A DNA stretch of 64,000 nt, from assembly GCF_963921235.1 (NCBI RefSeq), contig NC_086097.1, positions 110,610,001 through 110,674,000 on the forward strand, written 5' to 3'. Source of the stretch: Mobula hypostoma. Lineage: Eukaryota. The notes beneath the pieces were generated by a model. That model worked only from the letters and a program-made list of their open reading frames with translations, searched no databases and was not told the origin of the DNA. The translations under genes and the position numbers were made by a program. The stretch's first letter is position 1. Each line of letters starts with the position of its first letter. This document shows positions 51,651-64,000 of this stretch, one piece after another.

Positions 51651-52904
51651 ACTCCAGAAGAAATAGCCACTTACAAAGTCTGTGCCACTGACTTTGTTTT
51701 TTCCTCTTTACATTAGTATAGCCTGACCTGCTGAGCACATCCTTCAGTACTGTATTTCACGGAGTTAATTCCCCTTCTTTTTGCATTTGCCCGCTCCACC
51801 GACTCCCAACCAACTAACCAGATGACCTCCACAATGTATCACACCAAGTCTGCCCTTACCCTCTCGCTTTCTCTATCCATCCCTTTCCTGCAATGTAAAA
51901 ACAACCTTGTTCCCTCTTTCTCAGTTATAACCAATGTGAAACTTTTAGCTCTATTTCTTTCCCATGACCTGCTGAGTGTTTTTTGTATCTTGTGTTTCTG
52001 TTGTCAGTTGGCATAGTGTATGAATGAATGTTTGTGCAATCAATTTCTGTCCTTTTTTAAGAGCCTCTTAATCCAATCTTTACTAACAGCTTCTGAATGA
52101 CACTGCTGAAACTTAAGGAGATTGTGGCTATTGCTTGGAATGGGCTTCTGGCAAAAATTACACTGCTTGTCAATCCAGGGTACAATTATTTATTATTGTG
52201 CTGTTCTGAAGTACATCTTACACTTCATTAGGTAGCAATGTCTGCAAAGAGTGACTTCTGGTGTTGGTCACCAATTTACATGTGTCTGAGAATTACATCA
52301 AGGGTATAGGGCTTGCATCCATCCCAGAAAAGGAAAATCTCTTCCTACCAAATCGTATCTTTAACTCAGTCTAGTAATCTCTTATTCACTGAAACAGACG
52401 CAAAATACTGGAGGAACTCAGCCAGTCAGCCAGTGTCTATGGAAATGAATAAGCAGACTATGTTTCAGGACGAGACCCTTCACTAGTCCTGCAATAATCC
52501 ACCTGCACTTCTCGGAACTATGAATCTCATCTGTTTCCTAGAAACTGTACAGATTTTCTTGAGTTATATACCATTAACAACCAGAGTCAAAGCGATGTTC
52601 GGAAATGGGCTCTTCCACGCAACATGTACATGTCACCCTCATTGGCATCTTTACGTTGATTCCATTTACCCACATAAGGACCATTTCCTTCTATGCTTTG
52701 CTGTTTAAGTGTCCATTTAGGTTCCTCTCAAACATACTGATTGCATCTGATTTCACTACCTTCGCTGATAGCACATTCCATCTTTACCCCTCAAATCCCC
52801 ATTAATGTCTTAACTCGCACCTTAAAACTATACTCACTTGCTTTTGACAGTCTTATCATAGGAGAAAGGTTTAAACTGTCTATTATAGCAATGGCACTGG
52901 TTTT

Positions 52905-53482
52905 ATAAGGCGCTGGTGAGGCCTCACCTTGAGTATTGTGAACCGTTGTGGGCTTCTCATCTTAGAAAAGATGTGCTGGCTTTGGAGAGGGTCCAGAGGA
53001 GGTTCATAAGGATGATTCCAGGAATGAAAGGGTTATCATACAAGGAACGTTTGAAGGCTCTGGGTCTGTACTCACTGGAATTCAGAAGGATGGGGGGGAT
53101 CTCACTGAACCCTTTCAAATGTTGAAATGTCTAGACAGAGTAGATGTGGAAAGGATGCTTCCCATGTTGACATAGTCTAGGACAAGAGAGCACAGCCTCA
53201 GGATAGAGGTTTCAAAACAGAGATGTGGAGAAATTTCTTTAGCCAAAGGGTGGTGAATTTGTGGAATTTGTTGCCACATGCAGCTGTGGAGGCCAGGTCA
53301 TTGGGTGTACTTAAGGCAGAGATTAATAGGTTCTTGATTGGACACGGCATCGAAGGTTATGGGGAGAAGGCCGGGAACTGGGGTTGAGGAGGAGAAAAAG
53401 AAAGGATCAGCCATGATTGAATGGCGGAGAAGGCTCGATGGGCAAGATGGCCTAATTCTGCTCTTACATCTTATGGTCTTAC
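52905..53482 (+). mobile_element. CR1 3' fragment
   Basis: RPHLEYCEPLWASHLRKDVLALERVQRRFIRMIPGMKGLSY. Confidence 0.85.
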
Positions 53483-55439
53483 AATAAGATGTTTCTATTG
53501 GGTCAGGGAAGAGGATCTGTCCATTTAAGACCTGCATGAATGCTGATGGGATACACAGAGTAAAATGAACAATGAAGGGAATCCTCGGACATATTCCGAA
53601 CAGCCACAGATAGCGTTGAAGTGGGTAGAAAATGTAGAGGTGAAATTAATGAAGAAATTAAAAAGCCAAAAAGGGTACATGAAGAAATGTTTGCAGCTAA
53701 AATGAAGAATAAACTTAAAATGTTCAACAATTACTTAAAAGGAAAAATAGAATACGATTGGAAGAAGGGATGTGTGCAGCTTGGCATCTGGCCCTTTACT
53801 TGTCATGACATATTTTTAAAAATGTTTGGACTTAAATAGAGGGACTGCAATTAAGAGGCTTGCCAATGATATTAAATCTGGCAAAGTGTTTGACAGGAAA
53901 TAAGTGCTAAGCTGCAGGAACATATCAGTGAACTTGCTAATTGAATATAAGAGTGAAAAACGGAATTCAGTCTGGAGATGCATGAAGTAATATGGTTCGG
54001 GGAGGACAAACACGGAAAAGGGAAATCTTGGGGCACATGTTTTCAGACCCTTGAAGGTAAACAGGTCAAGTGAATGAAGTGGTTGAGAAAGCATGTGTAA
54101 TGCTTGCCTTTCTAAGCCATGTTATTAAATACAAAAGGATGAAGATAATGCCTGAACATTTTACAAGAGTAGCTTGTCCACACTGGTGGTGCTGGTCACT
54201 GCACCTAGAAGAAAATGTAATAACACTGCAGATGGTGAAAGGACACCCATGAAGGATGCTGACAGGATAAGAAACTCAGAATTACAAGGAGAGTCCATCC
54301 AGATTAATTTGTTTTCTTTAGATAAATTGAATTAAGTTTGTCTTAATTGTTTTAAATTCTGAGGGGCGATATAAGGTAAATAAAATTGAGAGGAGCATGG
54401 AAAGGGAGGAATTATAAAATTGTCAATAACTGAAAGTTACTGACTTGTTTAACTGATAAAAGCATTAGAACGGAATTTCAAAATGCATTTCCAGGTTCCA
54501 AAATTCATTGACTAAAAGAACGCTGGAAATAGAAAACCTCACCACATTTAAAATATACCAGGATGAGTAAGTATGCACTTAACTGAGCAATGTTCATATT
54601 TTAGCACAGCATGAGGAACAATGAGGCATTTAAAAATGAACTTTTAAAACAAGCTGTAAGCTGAAGGGAATGCTAGAGGAATCCAGTTCTCAAGACTTAC
54701 AAATCCACAAAGTAGCAGCAACCTTTGGCTCCACCAAATCCGGAGTTCATACCCGAAAGTCTTTGGAAAAGTGAACACAGATCACTGTTGAAGTAAAATT
54801 CATTCATCAACCCTTCAAAATGCTGATAAACCCAGAACTTTCCCCATCAAAATACTTTGATTAATGATGGTCAAACATAAACAGAATGACATATTGAGAG
54901 TAAAGGATTAGTTCAGTCAATTAAAATTCATGATGAGCTCCAACAGACTCAATTCATTTGAAGTCCAAATTACTTGAAGCTGTGCAATCACTTGGATTGC
55001 ACAAATCAAATAAGAAGCTGACAAGAGTTCAGACTGAATGATTACAAATTTATGGCAAAGTGGTCAGGAAGCATCAGAAGTAAAATTTGAGGCTTGCAAT
55101 AAGGTCATGTAAACAAGACCAGACAACAAAAAGCTGTGGAGGCAACAGAATATGGCTAGTAAAATTTGATTTGGCCTTTAAATATGGGTTCTCAGCTACA
55201 AAGACACTCAGTCACGAAGAGAGTCTGCTGCTAAGTCACCAGAAAATGCATATCACTGGATTATCAGCAGGTTGACCATCAATTATGGCAATCTGTATGA
55301 GAGGATATGGTCAAAACTTCAAAAGGGAAGGAATCAGAGATAAGAGTTAGCTATTAATAATTATATATTTATTGTAATTAGATAGTCCTCCTGATTTCCC
55401 CTTGTGTTCTCCTGCAGTTCTTACACTCTTGCCCTATTT

Positions 55440-56940
55440 GTTCCTTCCTGCCTTTATCTGTGATGTATCTCCTTTTTTCTCGTTAACAAGGGCCTCAGTT
55501 TCCTTCAAATACCAAGGTTACCTAAACCTGTTGGCCTTTTTTTTATTCTAGTAGGAATATACAAATTTTGCACTCACAATGTTTCACTTTTGAAGTTACC
55601 ATGTACAGCTTTGCCAGAAAACAACCTATCCCAATCCACACCTGTCTGATGCTTTCTGATGCCATCAAAATTGACCTTTCTCCCATTTAGAATCTCAACC
55701 CAAGGACCAGTCCTATCTTTCGCCATAATTACCTTGAAACGAATGGAATTACGATCACTAGATCCAATGTGATCCCCCACACACATTGTCATCTGCCCTA
55801 TCTAAATCCCTAATACAAGATCCAGTATCACACTCTCTTTAGTTGGGACCTGGATACATTGATTAGGGAAACATTCCTGAACACATCTGACAAACTCTAA
55901 ACCATCCAATCCTTTTACTGTATGGGAGACCCAGTCACCATATGGAAAGTTAAAATTACTACCTATCTCTGCCATATTTTTTTGTCTGTGATCTGTCTAC
56001 ATACTGTATTTGCTCCTCTAAATCCCACAGTGTTGGGTGGTCTATAATATAAACCCATTAACATTGTCATTCATTTCTTATTCCCGAGTTGCATCCATGA
56101 AGCCTCAATAGACAAGCCCTGTAAAACCACACTTCCCCTTTAATCCCTTCTGCTCTATTACGTCTAAACAAGAGAAACCTGGAACTTTGAGCTGGCAGAC
56201 CTGCCCATCATGCAACCAAGTCTCACTATTGGCTCCAATATTATAATTCCATGTGTTGGTCCATGCTCTAAGCTCATCTACTTTTGCTACAATACCCCTT
56301 GCATTGAAAGAGACCCCACTCAGAACACTAGTAACACCATGCTCAACCTTTCGGTTCCTATCTTTGCATGTAGGCTGAACATCTACTTTCTCCACCACCA
56401 GCTGCCCAGGCACTCTGGTGTCCATCCCCTTGCAACTCTAGTTTAAACCGCCCACCACCACCCTCAGAGCAGCACTAGCAAACCTTCACACAAGGATACT
56501 GATCCCCCTCCGGTTCAGGTGCAAACCATCCTGTTTGTATAGGTCACACCTTCCCTGGAAGAGAGCCCAACGGTTCAACAATGTGAAGTCCTCCCTCCTA
56601 CATCACTAGCCTCACTAGCACATGGCACAGGTAGCAATCCTGAGATTACCTCCCTGGAGAACCTGTCCTTTAGCTTAGCATCCTACACCCTGATTCACTT
56701 TGCCAGACCTTGTCACCCTTCCTGCCAATGTCATTGGTACCCTGGACCACGATCCCTGGCTGCACACCCTCTCCCTTAAGAATTCAATGGACTCAGTCCA
56801 AGATATCCCTGACCCTGGCAGCTGGGAGGCACCATACCATCCGGGAATCTCATTCTTGTCCACAGAACCTCCTGTCTGTTCTCTTAACTAATAAATGCCC
56901 TATCAACACAACTCACCTCTTCTTCCCAAGTCCCTGCTGA
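55440..56940 (-). mobile_element. Degraded CR1 5' region (esterase ORF1 and APE remnant)
   Basis: FNARGIVAKVDELRAW...SETWL, DHIGSSDRNSIRF, and an esterase remnant at 56675-56870. Confidence 0.75.
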
Positions 56941-56949
56941 GACTAGACT

Positions 56950-57300
56950 GGTATGTATTTAATAGTTCAGTAATATTGTAAATATATTGTTGGGTTAAGC
57001 ATTTGTGTTTATTTAAACTAATTCAAAGGAAAATAAGAGAGCTGGGAATGCAAGTCTAACTCCAAGACGTGCACCTATCACATGGTAGCGTGATGATATG
57101 TGCAATTCATATATTTATACTTATAATCCATAATGAATTATGTAAGTGAACAAGAATGCTTAATTAAAATTTTGAATTACATCATCACGCTACTGCACGA
57201 TATGTGTGTACCTCGCTTACAGTAAAGAGTAAACTCATATTCCTGGCTCTCTTGTTTTCCTTTGAATGAGTTTAATGTTTTGAAGTTACAAAATATAATG
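56950..57300. repeat. AT-rich LTR-like repeat containing an inverted partial copy of itself
   Basis: 57013-57108 is the reverse complement of about 57173-57275 (ttcaaaggaaaataagagagc / gctctcttgttttcctttgaa; gtagcgtgatgat / atcatcacgctac). ttaagcatt (56996) pairs with aatgcttaa (57155). Confidence 0.65.
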
Positions 57301-57339
57301 CTGGTTGCTATGGCATTCCTGTTAGAGCCAGGGTGCTAC

Positions 57340-58295
57340 CCCCCCCCCCCACTATAGTATTGGGAATGTTATTGGAAACTAAACATCTCTGAGGTAGAGG
57401 GTGAATTGGTGAATCTCCAATTGGAGAGGATGGAATTAATTTGAGATAGCACCCTGGCTCTGTCAAGAGCAAATCTTGCTTGACTAATTGACTGAGGTTT
57501 TTGGAAGAGTGAATAAGATATATTGTTGAAGACAGTAGAGTAATTGTGGTTTAGTAACTTCAGTAAGGACTCTGACAAGGTCTCAAGTGGAGCTCAGAAA
57601 CTGGCCACATGGGAGAGACTAGTCCATTTGGGCAATTTAGATCAACATCTGGCTTGGCAATTGGAGATAGAGGTTGATAGCAAACACGTTTCTTGTGTGT
57701 GATTGGATGCCTATGAATAGTGGTATCCCATGGGGACTGGTGCTATTTGTAATGTGTATGAATGATTTGGATGTGGATAATCAGCAAGGCTATGGATAAC
57801 ATTACAATTGGTGGAGTTATTCAGAGTGTGGAGACGACAAGCTAATGGCGAGATGTTGGTGAAATGGACTGAGAAATTGGCAGATGGACTTTAATTTTGC
57901 CAAATGTGAAGTGATATATTTTCAGAACACTAATGAGGCTATGTCATACACTGTGAGAGGCAAAGTCATAGGGAGTACTCAAAAACTCAGTATTCAGTAT
58001 CCAAAAGTCCTTAAGAGTGTCAGCAGAGCTAGAAAAATTGCTAAGAAGACAAATGGGATGCTGGCCTTCATTAGTCAGGGCAGTGAATACGAGAGCAGGG
58101 AGTTTATGCTCCAACTCAATAAAACATTGGCCAGATCTCAGCTGGAGTGCTGCATGTTTTTCCAGTCTCCACACAACAGGAAGGATGTGACAGTGCAGAG
58201 GGTGGCGGAGAGAGTTCACCAAACTGCTGGAGAGGCTGTGTATGCATGTCCATGTTCTCCAGTGCAGATGAGGTTAGGAGGGGACATGAAAAAGT
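57340..58295 (+). mobile_element. Degraded CR1 RT fragment
   Basis: MDFNFAKCEVIYF...GMLAFISQGSEYESREFMLQLNKTLARSQLECC. Confidence 0.7.
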
Positions 58296-58413
58296 GAACA
58301 GGGCCCATTGGGAACTTCTGCAGAGCTCGATATTGCAGCAATATTCCTTGTGCAGAGTAACACTCCAGATTTAACCTTATCCTGGCACACTACTCTCTAC
58401 TTGTGGAGAGTAA

Positions 58414-58928
58414 AGCCTGATTTATACTTCTGCGTCAACTCGACGCCGTAACCTACGCAAGTGGCCGACGCGCGTTGTGAGCATTTATACTTGTGCATTG
58501 GTGTGTCTGCGTCGCTCTGCAATTCAGGCACGTCGCACATGCCCACACACCTGCCTGCGCAAGGCTTCATGGTCATGGTAGTCTTTCTCGGGGTAAACAA
58601 GTTTAAAGTGAGCATCTTTTTTCGTAAAAGCAAAATGTCCCCTCCATAATTTCGGAAGTCTGTAAAGCTTTATAGAAAGCATTGCAGCCAGAGTCCCTTC
58701 CCTGCCCTTCAGTCGCCCAATGGGAAGCTATTGCAGTGTAGGAGGAAATGCGATGCTACCAGGCGGACCAATCACAGCTGTTGCGGTCTGCGTTGCCACG
58801 ACACACAGTTACATTTTGGGAGAGGTGCGCGTCAGGCTGTGGCGTAGGGATCCGCGTAGGCTCTGCGTAGGGTTCGCAGTGACGCCGTACCTACGGCGTC
58901 GAGTTGACGCAGAAGTATAAATCAGCCT
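58414..58928. mobile_element. PIF/Harbinger-type MITE (515 bp)
   Basis: About 37-bp TIRs ag(c/g)ctgatttatacttctgcgtcaactcgacgccgta, with a 3-bp TAA TSD (58411-58413 / 58929-58931). Confidence 0.88.
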
Positions 58929-59039
58929 TAACATGCAAGAATTAAATACCAGATTGGCACCTCATTTGTGCAAAAAGAGTAGATGGGGCGGAATTTGTTT
59001 GGTGTGTCCAAGATGGATTCTTCACATAATAAGCAGACA

Positions 59040-59385
59040 GGAATTGAATTGACTTTATTTCTTACAACCTTCACATACATGAGTAAAAATCTTTGCGTTA
59101 TGTCTCCATCTGAATGTGCAATGTGCAATTTATAGTAATTTGTAATGAATAGTATGTACAACAGAACAGTCACTATAGCTTAGAAATACAATTGTGTCAG
59201 CGTGAATTAATCAGTCTGATGTCCTGGTGGAAGAAGCTGTCCTGGAGACTATTGGTCCTGGCTTTAATGCTGTCGTACCATTTCCCAGATGGTAGCAGCT
59301 GGAATAGTTTGTGGTTGGGATGACTCGGGTCCCCAATGATCCTTCGAGCCCTTTTTACACAACTATGGTTGTAAATGTCCTGAAC
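59040..59385 (-). mobile_element. Rex1/Babar-type LINE 3' fragment
   Basis: VQDIYNHSCVKRARRIIGDPSHPNHKLFQLLPSGK...LQDSFFHQDIRLIN, with a (gaatt)n tail. Confidence 0.75.
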
Positions 59386-61084
59386 TACTGAATCTGGTAC
59401 AACCCAATAAACCTGATCATGTGCCAGATCCATCAGTGAGTGAACAATGACCAGAACTCCATATCATTGGACAGGGATAGGAGCAGATGGAATGGGAAAG
59501 TATTAAATTAGGAGAGGGTGAATTATGATGCTATTAGGTAGGAACTTGAGAGCACAAGTTGGGAACACCTGTACTCAGGGAAATGCAAAATGGACATGTG
59601 GAGGTTGTTTAGGGTGCACTTGCATGGGGGTTTGGATAGGTTCGTCCTATTGAGGCAGGGGAAGGATGGTTGACAAGAAATATGAAACATCTAGTCAAGA
59701 GGTAAAAAGAAACATACTTTGTTTAGGAAGGAAGGATCAGACAGGGCTCTAGAGAATTACAAGGTAACCAAGGAGCTTACGAATGGATTTAGGCGAGCCA
59801 GAAGGGACCATCAGAAAACATGTCGAGTAGAATTATGGAAAAAAAACAAGGTAATTGCACACCATTCGCCACCAAAGACTCCAGCAAATTTCTACAGATG
59901 TAACGTGGAGAGCATTCTGACTGGTTGCATCATCATCTGGTATGAAGGCACCAAAGCACAGGGTCAGGAAAAGCTGCAGATAGTTATAAAGTCAGCTAGT
60001 TTCCATCAAGAGCATTCACCTCCCCACCATCAAGAATATTCAATAGGCGATACCTCAAGAAGGCAGCACCCATCGTGAAGGACCCCCGTCACGCAGGGAC
60101 ATGCCCTCTTCTCATTGCCACCATGAAGGAGGAGATATGGGGCGGGGGGGGGAGAGGGGAGAGGGGGGAGAGAGAGAAGGGGGGGGAGAGAGGGGGGGAG
60201 AGAGAGATAGAGATTCTTCCCCTCCACCATCAGATTTCTGAACAGATCATGAAACCATGAACACTACCTCACTTTTCGGGCTCTAATTTTGCGTTATTTA
60301 AATTTTTATGTGTTTTATTGTAACTTATATTTTTTATGTATTGCACTGTACACCTATTGCACAACAAACCAGTAAACCTGGATCAGATTCTGTGAGGGTT
60401 TGCTGGGGAGAGTGTCATATCAAAAAATCATGTAGTGAGGAAAGTGGTGCAAAATGCAAAAATATGAGCAACAGCCAGAAAAACGAATGAGGATCCAAGA
60501 ATTCTCAGACACAACAAAATAAATTTAAAAAAGTATTAAGTGTTATGTGATTCTTCCAATCGCAGTCTCAAATAGAAACATAACAGGAATATGATTCATA
60601 ACCTCCAGATGTATCAGCTGCCAACCCAATGTCGGACTGATTTTAAGAAGCTAGTAGCCACTTTGGCTCAATGACAGGACAATTTGCAGGACTCTGAAGG
60701 TGATGATACAAACCCAGCTATATGCTGGAAACAGAATCTTCTACAGAACTTTGGGACAGTGGTGAAGCAGCTATTGATTTCAGTAACTTTTGGAGGAGGC
60801 ATTAAACCAAATGAAAACAAGCAAGAGAACACTAAGAACCCACAAAGTAAATGGGTGGAACATATATGCATGAATGAAGAAGACCAAGCAAAGAGGAAGG
60901 AGGAACCTGCAGTACATGTTGGCGAATAAAATCAGGTGTAAATGATAGGAACGGAACATAAAATTTCTGATCATCTGCTCTTCAGTAACTTTCATAATGC
61001 ATTTTTATGTCCTGAAATTAAGTATTAAATTAAAATAAAAGCAATCAAAATCAAAATCTGCTGAAATTACTGAAATAATTTAAA

Positions 61085-61842
61085 AAGGCATCTCACATGT
61101 GAAGTGGCAATTCCAGACCAAACTTGAATCACTGAAGGATGCTCGACAGCGGTGGCAGGGTTTCAATGCTATTATCTCTCACAAAGTGAAACCAATCAAC
61201 AAGGCTTCACTCACAGATGAGCTCAAAGCCTTCTATGCTCACTTCAACAGTCAAAATATGGAGGAACCTTCACAAATTCCCACAGTCCCCGATGATCCTG
61301 CAATATCAGTCTCTACAGCTGACACGAGAGCATCCTTCAGAAGGGTGAACCTACAAAAAGCATCCAGCCCAGATGGGAGACCTGGCTGAGTACTAAATAC
61401 CTGTGCTGATCAGCTGGATGGACTGTTCACCAATATCTTTAACCCCTCAATTCGGCAGTCTGAGTAACCACCTGCTTCAAGCAGGCTTCAACTAAACCAG
61501 TGCCCAAGAAGAATGTGGTAATCTGCCTCGATGACTATTGTCAAGTAGCGCTTGCATGCACTGTGATGTAGTACTTTGAGAGGTTGATAACGAAACTTAT
61601 CAACTCCTGCCTGAGAAGCCACTTGGATCCACTCTGATTTAGCTACCATCGCAATAGATCCATAGAAGATGCCACTTCATTGACTCTTCACTCAACCCTG
61701 GAACATCTGGACAGCACAGACGCATACATCAGGATGCTCTTTATTGACTACAGCTCGGCATTCAATACACTCATTCTCTCAAAATTAATGAATAAGCTTA
61801 AATGCCTTGGCCTTCTTGTGCAATTGGATCAATTCCTCACAA
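61085..61842 (+). mobile_element. Rex1/Babar-type RT fragment
   Basis: RQRWQGFNAI, DELKAFYAHF, KASSPDG, YIRMLFIDYSSAFNTL. Confidence 0.8.
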
Positions 61843-61844
61843 GG

Positions 61845-63027
61845 AAACATAGAAAACCTACAGCACAATACAGGCCCTTTGGTCCACGAATTTGTGCTGA
61901 ACATGTCCTTACCTTACAAATTACTAGGGTTACCCATAGCCCTTTATTTTTCTAAGCTCCATGTACCTATCCAAAAGTCTCTTAAAAGACCCTATCGTAT
62001 CCGCCTCCACCACCGTTGCCAGCAGCCCATTCCACGCAATCACCACTCAGCGTAAAAAAACTTACCCCTGATATTTCCTCTGTACCTACTCCCAAGCACC
62101 TTAAACCTGTGCCCTCTTGTGGCAGCCATTTCAGCCCTGGGAAAAAGCCTCTGACTATCCAGACGATCAATGCCTCTCATCATCTAATACACCTCTATCA
62201 GGTCACCTCTCATCCTCCGTCGCTCCAAGGAGAAAAGGCCGAGTTCACTCAACCTGTTCTCTGCACCCTTTCGATGGCTTCCACATTCTTCCTGTAGTGA
62301 GGCGACCAGAACTGAGCACAGTACTCCAAGTGGGGTCTGACCAGGGTCCTATATAGCTGCAACATTACCTCTCGGCTCCTAAATTCAATTCCACGATTTA
62401 TGAAGGCCAATACACCATATGCCTTCTTAACCACAGAGTCAACCTGTGCTGCTGCTTTGAGCATCCTATGGACTTGGACCCCAAGATCCCTCTGATCCTC
62501 CACACTGCCAAGAGTCTTACCATTAGTACTATATTCTCCCATCATATTTGACCTCCCAAAATGAACCACATCACACTTACCTGGGTTGAACTCCATCTGC
62601 CACTTCTCATCCCAGTTCTGCATCCAATCAATGTCCCTCTGTAACCTCTGACAGCCGTCCACATTATCCACAACATCTCCAACCTTTGTGTCATCAGCAA
62701 ATTTACTAACCTATCCCTCCACTTCCTTATCCAGGTATTTATAAAAATCATGAAGAGATGGGGTTCCAGAACAGATCCCTGAGGTACACCACTGGTCACT
62801 GACCTCCATGCAGAATATGACCCATCTACAACTACTCTTTGCCTTCTATGGGCAAGCCAATTCTGGATCCACAAAGCAATGTTCCCTTGGATCCCATGCC
62901 TCCTTACTTTCTCAATAAGCCTTGCATGAGGTACCTTATCAAATGGCTAGATAAAAACCATATACACTACATCTACTGCTCTTCCTTCATCAATGTGTTT
63001 AGTCACATCCTCAAAAAATTCAATCAG
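61845..63027 (-). mobile_element. CR1 3' fragment
   Basis: WIQNWLAHRRQRVVVDG...GVPQGSVL and LVRPHLEYCAQFWSPHYRK, with an aaacatagaaaa tail. Confidence 0.88.
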
Positions 63028-63034
63028 GCTCAAT

Positions 63035-63615
63035 TAGTGTGGAAATAGCAGGGGCTCTGACAGAAATATTTCAAATGTCATTAGAAACGGAGATGGTGCT
63101 GGAGGATTGACGTATTGCTTATGTTGTTCCATTGTTTAAAAAGGGTTCTAATAGCAAACCTAGCAAATATCAGACTGCGAGTTTGACTTCAGTGGTGGGT
63201 AAATTGATGGAAAGTATTCTTAGAAATAGTATATATAATTATCTGGATAGACAGGGTCTGATTAGGAACAGTCAACATGGATTTGTGCATGGAAGGTCAT
63301 GTTTGACAAATCTTACTGAATTTTTTGAAGAGGTTACTAGGAAGGTTGACGAAGGTAAAGCAGTGGATGTTGTCTATACGGACTTCAGTAAGGCCTTTGA
63401 CAAGGTTCCACACAGAAGGTTGGTTAGGAAGGTTCAATCGTTAGGTATTAATATTGAAGTAGTAAAATGGATTCAGCAGTGGCTGGATGGGAGACAACAG
63501 AGAGTGGTGGTGGATAACTGTTTCTCAGGTTGGGGTCGGTAACTGGTGGTGTGCTTCAGGGATCTGTGCTGGGTCCAATGTTATTTGTCATATACATTAA
63601 TGATCTGGATGATGG
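63035..63615 (+). mobile_element. CR1 RT fragment
   Basis: SQHGFVHGRSCLTNLTEFFEEVT...DFSKAFDKVPH. Confidence 0.85.
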
Positions 63616-63624
63616 TAAATTGGA

Positions 63625-64000
63625 TTCTTCATACTTATACTTTATACTTTATTATTGCCAAAGAATTGATATTAGAACGTACAATCATCACAGCGATATT
63701 TGATTCTGCGCTTCCCGCTCCCTGGATTACAAATATTAAATATTAAAAATAGTAAACATTAGTAAATATTAAAATTCTATATTATAAATCATAAATAGAA
63801 AATAGAAAAATGGAAAGTAAGGTCGTGCAAAAAAACCAAGAGGCAGGTCCAGATATTTGGAGGGTACGGCCTAGATAGGGGTCAGGATCCGTTCAGCAGT
63901 CTTAACACAGTTGGAAAGGAGCTGTTCCCAAATCTGGCCATACGAGTCTTCAAGCTCCTGAGCCTTCTCCCAGAGGGAAGAGGACGAAAAGTGTGTTGGC
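63625..64000 (-). mobile_element. Rex1/Babar-type 3' end (runs off the window)
   Basis: The reverse strand reads RPLPSGRRLRSLKTRMARFGNSSFPTVLRLLN, with a (tactta)n tail at about 63630. Confidence 0.65.

Noticed and set aside
61845..63615. Head-to-head CR1 pieces as a single twin-primed insertion
   Set aside because: The two pieces overlap over the same RT region with clearly different sequences, so they are separate subfamily copies. No TSD was found.

Overview
Vertebrate nuclear DNA, most likely from a cartilaginous fish (inferred from the CR1, V-SINE, Rex1/Babar and Penelope repeat content). Only two host exons are recognisable, both on the minus strand: consecutive exons of integrin alpha-9 (ITGA9-like; 14191-14039 and 2663-2587). 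The rest is repeat-dense intron. It holds a near full-length L1 with a clean 5' inversion and TSD (14339-19784) and a 5'-truncated CR1 with an esterase ORF1 (about 39960-43620). It also holds a young Neptune-type Penelope-like element (PLE) with inverted pLTRs and a 14-bp TSD (44584-47084), older PLE, CR1, Rex1/Babar and RTE fragments, a Tigger derivative, and hAT and Harbinger MITEs. The most striking system is a minimal type-I hammerhead ribozyme motif in the PLE pLTR. The 74-100 bp pLTR segment around it has inserted on its own three times in this window, each copy with a 10-12 bp TSD and the same 3' end; two copies keep the whole motif and one is truncated within it. Two MITEs of different superfamilies also share a 72-bp internal module. 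Boundaries of degraded repeats are approximate, and no database searches were run.
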